A stretch of 64,000 bases of DNA from Auanema rhodensis. Lineage: Eukaryota > Animalia > Nematoda. Position 1 is the first letter of the stretch. Each line of letters opens with the position of its first letter. The stretch spans positions 15,562,001-15,626,000 of the forward strand of contig OZ059899.1 in assembly GCA_964057225.1 (NCBI GenBank), given 5' to 3'. This document shows, piece after piece, positions 54,101 to 64,000 of the stretch. The position numbers and the translations under genes were made by a program. The notes under the pieces are model-generated. The model saw nothing but the letters and a program-made list of their open reading frames with translations, had not been told where the DNA came from and did not search any database.

Positions 54101-57100
54101 TCAGGCTGTGGACACGTTGTGTCCTGTGAATGTTCGCTTTGCTCCAAGACCATCATCGAAAATCAAATAAAAATACTTTAAGGTGGGGTATTCAGATGTG
54201 TAGATTCTGAATCTCCTAATGAGATTTGGCTAGGACTTCTCCTGTTTCCGGAAAAACGGTTTATATCGACCCCATCCACAAAAATTGTTCACAAAAAAGT
54301 TTAGGCTGTGGACACGTTGTGTCCTGTGAATGTTCGCTTTGCTCCAAGACCATCATCGAAAATGAAAAAAAAACACTTTGAGGTGGGGTATTCAGATGTG
54401 TAGATTCTGAATCTTCTAGTCAGATTTGGCTAGGACTTCTCCTGTTTCCGGAAAAACGGTTTATATCGACCCCATCCACAAAAATTGTTCACAAAAAAGT
54501 TCAGGCTGTGGACACGTTGTGTCCTGTGAATGTTCGCTTTGCTCCAAGACCATCATCGAAAATGAAATAAAAACACTTTGAGGTGGGGTATTCAGATGTG
54601 TAGATTCTGAATCTTCTAATCAGATTTGGCTAGGACTTCTCTTGTTTCCGGAAAAACGGTTTATATCGACCCCATCCACAAAAATTGTTCACAAAAAAGT
54701 TCAGGCTGTGGACACGTTGTGTCCTGTGAATGTTCGCTTTGCTCCAAGACCATCATCGAAAATCAAATAAAAATACTTTAAGGTGGGGTATTCAGATGTG
54801 TAGATTCTGAATCTCCTAATGAGATTTGGCTAGGACTTCTCCTGTTTCCGGAAAAACGGTTTATATCGACCCCATCCACAAAAATTGTTCACAAAAAAGT
54901 TTAGGCTGTGGACACGTTGTGTCCTGTGAATGTTCGCTTTGCTCCAAGACCATCATCGAAAATAAAATAAAAACACTTTGAGGTGGGGTATTCAGATGTG
55001 TAGATTCTGAATCTTCTAGTCAGATTTGGCTAGAACTTCTCCTGTTTCCGGAAAAACGGTTTATATCGACCCCATCCACAAAAATTGTTCACAAAAAAGT
55101 TTAGGCTGTGGACACGTTGTGTCCTGTGAATGTTCGCTTTGCTCCAAGACCATCATCGAAAATGAAAAAAAAACACTTTGAGGTGGGGTATTCAGATGTG
55201 TAGATTCTGAATCTTCTAGTCAGATTTGGCTAGGACTTCTCCTGTTTCCGGAAAAACGGTTTATATCGACCCCATCCACAAAAATTGTTCACAAAAAAGT
55301 TCAGGCTGTGGACACGTTGTGTCCTGTGAATGTTCGCTTTGCTCCAAGACCATCATCGAAAATGAAAAAAAAACACTTTGAGGTGGGGTATTCAGATGTG
55401 TAGATTCTGAATCTTCTAATCAGATTTGGCTAGGACTTCTTTTGTTTCCGGAAAAACGGTTTATATCGACCCCATCCACAAAAATTGTTCACAAAAAAGT
55501 TCAGGCTGTGGACACGTTGTGTCCTGTGAATGTTCGCTTTGCTCCAAGACCATCATCGAAAATGAAATAAAAACACTTTGAGGTGGGGTATTCAGATGTG
55601 TAGATTCTGAATCTTCTAATCAGATTTGGCTAGGACTTCTCTTGTTTCCGGAAAAACGGTTTATATCGACCCCATCCACAAAAATTGTTCACAAAAAAGT
55701 TCAGGCTGTGGACACGTTGTGTCCTGTGAATGTTCGCTTTGCTCCAAGACCATCATCGAAAATGAAAAAAAAACACTTTGAGGTGGGGTATTCAGATGTG
55801 TAGATTCTGAATCTTCTAATCAGATTTGGCTAGGACTTCTCTTGTTTCCGGAAAAACGGTTTATATCGACCCCATCCACAAAAATTGTTCACAAAAAAGT
55901 TCAGGCTGTGGACACGTTGTGTCCTGTGAATGTTCGCTTTGCTCCAAGACCATCATCGAAAATCAAATAAAAATACTTTAAGGTGGGGTATTCAGATGTG
56001 TAGATTCTGAATCTCCTAATGAGATTTGGCTAGGACTTCTCCTGTTTCCGGAAAAACGGTTTATATCGACCCCATCCACAAGAATTGTTCACAAAAAAGT
56101 TCAGGCTGTGGACACGTTGTGTCCTGTGAATGTTCGCTTTGCTCAAAGACCATCATCGAAAATTAAATAAAAATACTTTGAGGTGGGGTATTCAGATGTG
56201 TAGATTCTGAATCTCCTAATGAGATTTGGCTAGGACTTCTCCTGTTTCCGGAAAAACGATTTATATCGACCCCATCCTCAAAAATTGTTCACAAAAAAGT
56301 TCAGGCTGTGGACACGTTGTGTCCTGTGAATGTTCGCTTTACTCCAAGACCATCATCGAAAATTAAATAAAAATACTTTGAGGTGGGGTATTCAGATGTG
56401 TAGATTCTGAATCTCCTAATGAGATTTGGCTAGGACTTCTCCTGTTTCCGGAAAAACGATTTATATCGACCCCATCCTCAAAAATTGTTCACAAAAAAGT
56501 TCAGGCTGTGGACACGTTGTGTCCTGTGAATGTTCGCTTTGCTCAAAGACCATCATCGAAAATCAAATAAAAATACTTTGAGGTGGGGTATTCAGATGTG
56601 TAGATTCTGAATCTCCTAATGAGATTTGGCTAGGACTTCTCCTGTTTCCGGAAAAACGATTTATATCGACCCCATCCTCAAAAATTGTTCACAAAAAAGT
56701 TCAGGCTGTGGACACGTTGTGTCCTGTGAATGTTCGCTTTGCTCAAAGACCATCATAGAAAATTAAATAAAAATACTTTGAGGTGGGGTATTCAGATGTG
56801 TAGATTCTGAATCTCCTAATGAGATTTGGCTAGGACTTCTCCTGTTTCCGGAAAAACGATTTATATCGACCCCATCCTCAAAAATTGTTCACAAAAAAGT
56901 TCAGGCTGTGGACACGTTGTGTCCTGTGAATGTTCGCTTTGCTCAAAGACCATCATAGAAAATTAAATAAAAATACTTTGAGGTGGGGTATTCAGATGTG
57001 TAGATTCTGAATCTGCTAGTGAGATTTGGCTAGGACTTCTCCTGTTACCTGAAAAACGGTTTATATCGACCCCATCCACAAGAATTGTTCACAAAAAAGT

Positions 57101-57540
57101 TCAGGCTGTGGACACGTTGTGTCCTGTGAATGTTCGCTTTGCTCAAAGACCATCATAGAAAATTAAATAAAAATACTTTGAGGTGGGGTATTCAGATGTG
57201 TAGATTCTGAATCTCCTAATGAGATTTGGCTAGGACTTCTCCTGTTTCCGGAAAAACGATTTATATCGACCCCATCCTCAAAAATTGTTCACAAAAAAGT
57301 TCAGGCTGTGGACACGTTGTGTCCTGTGAATGTTCGCTTTGCTCAAAGACCATCATAGAAAATTAAATAAAAATACTTTGAGGTGGGGTATTCAGATGTG
57401 TAGATTCTGAATCTCCTAATGAGATTTGGCTAGGACTTCTCCTGTTTCCAGAAAAACGGTTTATATCGACCCCATCCACAAAAATTGTTCACAAAACAGT
57501 TCAGGCTGTAGTCACGGTGTTCCCGGTGAATGTTCGATTT
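18163..57540. repeat. Tandem satellite array, 200-bp monomer, about 197 copies (~39.4 kb)
   Basis: Monomer: GAGGTGGGGTATTCAGATGTGTAGATTCTGAATCT(C/T)CTA(A/G)T(C/G)AGATTTGGCTAGGACTTCTC(C/T/G)TGTTTCCGGAAAAACGGTTTATATCGACCCCATCC(A/T)CAA(A/G)AATTGTTCACAAAAAAGTTCAGGCTGTGGACACGTTGTGTCCTGTGAATGTTCGCTTTGCTCCAAGACCATCATCGAAAAT(C/G/T)AAAT(A/G)AAAA(T/C)ACTTT. Unit starts: 18204; 18403-19403; 19592-21192; 21381-53181; 53380-57380, in steps of 200. Register shifts come from two 11-bp deletions (~19534, ~21323) and a 1-bp deletion (~53271). Terminal copies are degenerate. Confidence 0.99.
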
Positions 57541-58101
57541 TCTCAGTAAGTAGTAAGTATGATTGGGTGGTTCCCATTAAGAAGAAGACTTCAAGTTTGT
57601 TGTATAGCTTTCAAATTGATATTTTAACTTCATGAAATAATAATATACAAGAAAAATCTTCATGTTTTGGCATTTTACAATATTGACACGTAAATACAAG
57701 AAATTAAAAATACATTTTCCTAAAATTATACAGATTTCTAGCCGTATTAACGGTTCTCACAGATATTATATAAAATTGTCAGATTAACTTGAAAAAACCC
57801 AGTGCATCCAATCTACAAAAGCAAAGAAAATGTTTTACATTAATGAAGAAATATTGTTTTAAGAGGTTTACTATAAGAATTAGTAATTTCTAAGGAAAGA
57901 GAGAAGGGAGGAAGAGTATTGTTATGAGATAGCTTAGTTCAACAGAGCATTGGGAATCAAGTAACAAAACATCTGTTTTCCGTGCATGCTTCGATTAAAA
58001 GTAAAAAATGAAAAAAGAATTATGAAGACACACATACATACATTAATGACCAGTGATTCATTTAGAAGAATCAGATGACTAAGGCAATGAAGAGATAAGG
58101 T

Positions 58102-59758
58102 TTACTCGTGTTCTGGATGACTGCGCAAGCATTCGACTAAATCTGTAGGCTTCATCTCACCGGTGCAGATTTTATGAACAGCAACGAAGAGAGGGAATCT
58201 GAAAATACAAGGTTTTAGAATATTTTCATTAATATCTTAATTGAAATCAATGATTGAGTCTTAATAGTGGGTGAATGAGTTGGAAGTGATTGCTTTAGAA
58301 ATAAACAACAATTCATATTGAAAAGCTCAAGTTTTAAGTTTATATCTTTGATTACGCTATCACTTTAATGCTCAATAAACTCAAAATTTCAAATTTCAAA
58401 ATGATAAGAATAGCCTTACTTTTCCTCTACATTGGTTTTCTTCAGCATCAAATAGATTTCCTCAGCTGTTAAAGGCCCTTGAGCAGATTGTCCGTTCAAT
58501 AATTCCTTTTCAACATCAGCTAATGACTAAAAGATTATGGCAATTATGTTTGTGAAATGATAATAATATCACCTTTCCACCAGCTTTAACAAATGCTTCG
58601 CATACTTTTCTGTTTCTTCCTCCATAACAAGTAGTAATCAAGTCGGCGATTCCGCAGGATTCGAAGAAAGTTCCCAAATTAGATCCAGGATAGTAATGTT
58701 CAACAAACTAAAAATATCTATATTTACAAGATTCAGTGGAAATCAATGGTTACTTTGATGAGTTCCATTAAACCCAATCTGATCACAGCAGCCTTAGTGT
58801 TATCACCATAGCCTAAACCATCAGTGAATCCAGCAGCACAAGCAACAACATTCTAAAATAATTCCACATGTTTCAAAGATTTAAAGCTTTGATGATAATA
58901 CCTTCAAAGCACCACAAAGTTCAACGGTATGAGCATCATCAACAACGTTGATACGGAAATTATCAGTGTGGAAAAGCTTCTTAAGCAGTTGTCCATTATC
59001 CTTACTCTTGCATCCAATAGTAGCTTCACAGAAGTTATCATTAGCAACTTCTGGAGCTAAATTTGCTCCCATCAATACAGATACTTCAATTCCAAGAATC
59101 TCTCTGATTTCATCGGAAATTAATTTTAATCCTCCTTGTTTCTCCGTTGAAACTCCCTAAGATAACGATACGATTAAATTAAAAACTGATGGCTATAAAA
59201 TGTCAATGAATGTACCTTGATCAAGGAAATAGCTTGGGCTCCAGGAACAATATTTCCAATAAGTTGATTGCAGATACCTTTTACGAATTGATGTGGAACA
59301 ACAAAGATGAGAACATGAGAATCGGTGCAAGATTGAACAAGATCAGGAACAGCAACCTATACGGACAAAAGAGTTTTTCTGTACAATACTGGCAAACAGG
59401 GCCATTCACTCACCACATTCTCTGGGAGAATTTTTCCTGGAAGATATTTAACATTCTCGTGACGAGTGTTGATAACCTCTGAGAGTTTTTCGCCGTTTAC
59501 AATCTCTTCGAACACCTGAACACAATCATATTGAAGTAGGAAAAAATTTAAAGACAGAGAAAGGAAAACGAAAGGCTACAGGACTTACCCACATACGAAC
59601 AGTTGGATCATATACATCAGGATTGGCTTTAGTTGTGGAGCCAACAATACGAGCAATTGCTGATCCCCTGTAATATTAATTATAACATTTAATTCTTTTT
59701 GAAATAATTAATTATACCAGTTTCCTGATCCGATAATTGTTACTTTTTTTGGAGCCAT
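58102..59758 (-). CDS. gpdh-2: NAD-dependent glycerol-3-phosphate dehydrogenase (GPD1 family), 351 aa
   Basis: 9 exons on the minus strand: 59758-59718, 59667-59589, 59515-59414, 59356-59216, 59156-58902, 58852-58754, 58707-58573, 58526-58420, 58198-58102 (1056 nt). Translation: [134 protein letters not shown]. Contains the Rossmann GxGxxG motif and the GPD family signatures. Confidence 0.96.
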
Positions 59759-60049
59759 AGTTGCGGCAGATCCGAACAAACGAAGCAAAGAAGCCACCTG
59801 CAATAAGACTGTGATACTGAGAGGAAAATACAATCAAGAAATGTTTAATAGTAGAAAATCTAAACACCAAGAGGTACTTTGCGTTTCCTCACAACTATTG
59901 CGACGAAAAATTCAATAAACACATTAATTGTGTCAATAACAACGCCGAAAAATTGATAAGAAGCTGACTAAGTATAGTATCACTGAGAAAGGGCGGCAAA
60001 AAAAGAAAAATAAGAAATAAAAACGTACATTAGATGTGATATTATCCAT
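59759..60049 (-). CDS. gpdh-2: Putative N-terminal extension of GPDH (long isoform): MDNITSN|[18 protein letters not shown]
   Basis: A TTGCAG acceptor opens an exon at 59797 that is in frame with ATG 59758 (13 codons). A candidate 21-nt upstream coding exon at 60049-60029 ends at a phase-0 GTACGT donor. Confidence 0.5.
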
Positions 60050-61149
60050 TTTGTTGTATAAGATAATTTAGAAGCAGAACAATTCAAGTTAATTACTCTG
60101 ATTGGGGACGAAATGTTTGAGGACAAAATAAAATATGGAGGTTTAAATACTACTTCGAGGGGGATCATAAGAAAAAACATGTTATCATGATAACTGCCCT
60201 CATACTAAACAGTACAAGTTCAAGCAGAATGTGAACTGAAATAACATATAAATACGGACTTTGGTGATCAACACAATCAATATTGTACCAAAATAATGTA
60301 TAAAAGAAAGTAAACGAGATGAAAATCGAGGACATTGATCTTTACTTGATACATTATTACCGGTTAATTATGTGTCAACATTTAAGTATTAATAGCACGC
60401 TAATATATTGTACTGAATGACAAACTAGAACTTGACGTAATCGGGTCTAAACTAAGAAAATGGGTTGATAGCGATGAAAAGAAACACAAACTGGATAGAC
60501 TAAGAAATAACACTAACTATTACGTAGACGTATTTTACTATATGATTCTGCTGTTGAAAGTGTGCAATTCACATGGAAAGCACATAAACATATACATCGA
60601 CTAAAATGAGTGTTTGGACGAAGAAGAATGCAAAAAAACATATGAAGAAATAGAGGGAGGTAGGGAGAGAGAGGGACTAGGAATATAGAGAATACACACG
60701 GGTTGGCAGACAGACCTAGAGTTAGCAAGCAACAGCAGTAGCAGAGGATAGGAACATCAAAAAAATCGAAAGAGTGAGAAGTGGCAAAAGCCCTTTACAA
60801 CGGATCGACGTGACTTTTCATAAGAAAAACGACACCACAACAAATTCAACAACAACGAGGATCGTAATGATGATTATAAAGCTTCTTGGGACAGGGAGTT
60901 CACAAAACGTATATGCTGAATACGATGTAGACAACAAAGAGAATGAGGTGGTTCAGAGTGGGGTAGCTCAGACATTGTTTTTTCCACAAACTGGCGGTAT
61001 TGACGTTTAGTGGTTAAACGTTTTAACAACATGATTCAAGGCAATCACCCATTCTACATGCTAGCCGCTGATCTGTTCACATTTCTCTCTCTCTCCAATT
61101 TAGTCAGAGCGATGTGCAAAGTACTTGGAGTTTAGAGTCTGTTCTCTCT

Positions 61150-61320
61150 GTTGGACATATTATACGTATATGACGGTAAAGAACCATCAATTCGTAAGAG
61201 TCAAAGGGTATCCGAGATAGTAGAAAGATGGAGAACCACCCAGACGACTAGGAATTATATTTCTCCAACGATTTTGAATGGCCTTATATAGAGATCGTAT
61301 CAGGATCGGTCAGCGGAACC
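61150..61320 (+). mobile_element. Possible decayed 3' end of an RTE-clade retrotransposon
   Basis: Frameshifted pieces VGHIIR / DG / RV / YPR**KDGEPPRR / RDR resemble the RTE C-terminal pattern GH..R..DGRW..RV.EWYPR..KR..GRPP.RW...ARDR. Stops and frameshifts are present. Confidence 0.33.
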
Positions 61321-62559
61321 CTCGGCTCCTACCGGCGATAACAATCTGAACATGTTTTACAAATAATGAAAGATAAGAAAAGGAAATCAGAAACAGTTAC
61401 CTAGATCTATTAAGTTTTTCTTATTATAGTAATAACATATAGCATATATAATAATTTTGTGAATGTGTACTTCTTTATGTTGATTTAACATGAACAAACA
61501 AAAACTTAAATCAGAAATTTAATAAATTTTTAACCCAAAATAGTCGTTGCAATAAAAATATCAAAAATTGAACTTCTATTTACCAAAAATTATTTATAGA
61601 ATCGGTTGTGTATAACCAAGGATTATGCTAGCGCATGTATGTTGAAGTTACAGTTAGATAGAAAACAAATTTATCTTCCTAACTTTGATTTAATTTTTTT
61701 GAATAACGACGACAACGCAAATTGCATGATATTGCGAAGCATATTCACAGAATAAAACTAAAAATTTTAAGTTTATCGACCAGATAATATGCAGCTTGAA
61801 TGAAAAAAAATAATTCGTAGTTGAATGAAAATCAAAAGCGAAAAAGGCAAAAGAAAAGCTGATGAACAGTTGGCTATAAAAGAACAACGAAATTGAAAAA
61901 ACGACTTATTTAAACCTTCAACAGCTGTAAAAACACTATCAACTAAATAGAAAGAGCTTGTATTGAAACTAGTCCACTGTTACGATTTAACAAGATTTAA
62001 GCAGTTTAAATATTACTAAAATACCTGAACACTATCATAATAATCAACAAAAACCTGAATTATCTATTTTTGTCACCAGAAAAATCAACATTTTGTCAAA
62101 CTAGAATGCTTTTAATAGCCTTAGAAATGGGAGACAAGTTATGAAGTAACAGCTTTATTACCATTTTTGAAGAACAATATTTCAGTTTAATGTATTTATA
62201 CAAATCAATTGTAGCTTAATACTTTATTGATTTATAAAAGTTTGTCAAAAAAATATTTTTTTTTAATTTCAAGCAGTAAATTTCAAAAGCATTTACACTA
62301 CTAACTAGGTATGCATGTTATATTCTATAATTAATTGACTATTTTCTTTCGTTTTAATAGGAATAAAAAGTATTTTTTGTTAATTAATTGATTGTATTTT
62401 CTTATATTTCAGTTGCTATAGAGAACGATTACAATCTTTTGATGTGTGTTACCTCTTGGGTAAAGTAAACCATTCATTAACAACGTCAACTAACTTGTAT
62501 TACGGGTTTTGAATGTTTGAAAGAAAATTATTTATTTATAAATAATCTCTGTTTGATAT

Positions 62560-62819
62560 CTGATCATCTAATGACAAAATCCTTGAATTTTTTATTGTTC
62601 AAAGTGGATGTGGCTATTATCTATTCTGCAAACTATGTTGTTAGGTCCGTCCAATTTTTTTCCTTATCAATCATCCTGATAGCAACTGTGATCTTTAAAG
62701 ATGGTGTTTTCCATTCCAAACATGTCTTTATTCACGTGAATAACATACAATATAAACTGAAAAAAACCTATAAAGCATTTATTGACCTGAAGGAAGAGTT
62801 CAATCCTACGAAGAACTAG
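62560..62819 (+). mobile_element. Possible decayed non-LTR retrotransposon reverse-transcriptase fragment
   Basis: ORF 62517-62819 has, in the expected order, LLFKVD..ANY..R..FFS, HVF and YKL..YKAFIDLKEEFN. These echo the LINE/RTE RT blocks LLFKKGD..NYRPI.LLS, DHIF and EYKLP..AFID.KKAFD. Judged by eye; highly degenerate. Confidence 0.4.
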
Positions 62820-64000
62820 ATGATAACGTGTTCTAACCAAATTGCGTCACTATTTCTTCAATTTATTTCTTAATTTCATTATTTGGTATTTGCAAATAAG
62901 CAGAATAGACAATTATAAAAGGGCAAAGTATACAAGAAGGTCGTCATTGTCACAACACAATAGCTATTGCTAATGTAACGAGAAAACTGTCTAGATTCAG
63001 ACAGTTTTCTGAAGAGAAGCTCTCACACATTAATTAGGGGAACTTAGAAAAAAAAGTTTATAGTCTATACTATTGAACTAGTAAAATTTGAATTTTTCTG
63101 ATAAACGCGTTGAATTCATTTATGAAACATCGGTTTTCAAAATTTTCTGCCATTCGAAATAGAAAATATGTTTTGAAGATTGTATCCTGATTCTTCCCAG
63201 TTGCTCGGCTTGACTAATATGTCATATTCTTTCAAGTTTTAGATGATTGTTTATGGGAATGATTTTCAAGATATATAAATATATATATGTTGGCATTGTC
63301 CTTTTATTACAAAGATCCTAAATAGATATATATGTTTGTATTATTTATATTATTTAATTATATATTTATAATTTTGTAAAATTGAATATCATTTGGAATA
63401 TCTTCAGTTAGCTGCTTTGCTTTTCAATCACTAAGGTTTTAGTTTTTTGAATGTATTTCTCATCTGTAAAGAACCAGATGGCCATTTTCTTCATTCATTT
63501 TTCTTAACTTTTCGACTAAATATGTATATACATATATCTATTATATTTATTAATATATAAGATTCAATTGGTTTGTCCCCTCTCCCTATCGATAATTAAA
63601 AATCCAAAAAAAAGAAAAAAAGCATGGAAATAAATTTATTTGTTAAAGAATTGTCGTTCTTTCAAAATTTCAACTATTTGCTTAAAAGTTTTCACCTCTT
63701 AACCTATATTTTAGATTACTCTCCATCAAGAGATAAAGGGAACTCAAAATTCAAAAACTTTTCAATCTTCCCTCGATTTTTTAAGATCGTAAATGCTTCG
63801 AGTTTGAGGCTTTAATTGATCTTCCAATCAGAGTTTAGTTGCTCAAAGATTTTCATAAAGAATACAAAACTCTTGATGTTTCAAAGACTTCGTTAATAGA
63901 AATATCTTTCTCAAAATTCAGAAGAAGTTCGAGTTGCATTTGAGCAAAGAAAAAAACAGTCAAAATTATGAATATTTTCTAAAACTAATGAATGAATAGG

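Noticed and set aside
18163-57540. CRISPR-like array
   Set aside because: No unique spacers, since whole 200-bp units repeat. The context is eukaryotic and there are no cas genes.
57541-57600. Small hairpin TGGG-TGGTT-CCCA at the right border as a Helitron 3' end
   Set aside because: The stem is only 4 bp and no CTRR terminus follows at the expected distance.

Overview
AT-rich eukaryotic DNA, most likely from a rhabditid nematode. The evidence is many 43-52 nt GT-AG introns, TTTCAG acceptors and a GPDH very close to C. elegans GPDH-2. Layout: (1) about 12 kb of non-coding, microsatellite-rich, strongly pyrimidine-skewed sequence that includes a duplicated ~125-bp element. (2) A 23-exon + strand gene (11949-17513, about 1364 aa) with 18 C2H2 zinc fingers, resembling SPR-4. 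(3) A ~39.4-kb head-to-tail satellite of about 197 copies of a 200-bp palindrome-rich monomer (~18163-57540). (4) A convergent - strand NAD-dependent glycerol-3-phosphate dehydrogenase gene (gpdh-2-like, 58102-59758, possible N-terminal extension to 60049). (5) About 4 kb of AT-rich sequence with two possible decayed non-LTR retrotransposon fragments. The most interesting object is the satellite. It sits within about 650 bp of both stop codons, varies at a small set of recurrent sites, shows zoned higher-order structure, and has a 24-bp inverted repeat containing a telomere-like TAGGC at its left edge. A programmed-DNA-elimination or chromosome-junction role is a hypothesis only and cannot be shown from this sequence. 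All gene models and counts were derived by hand.
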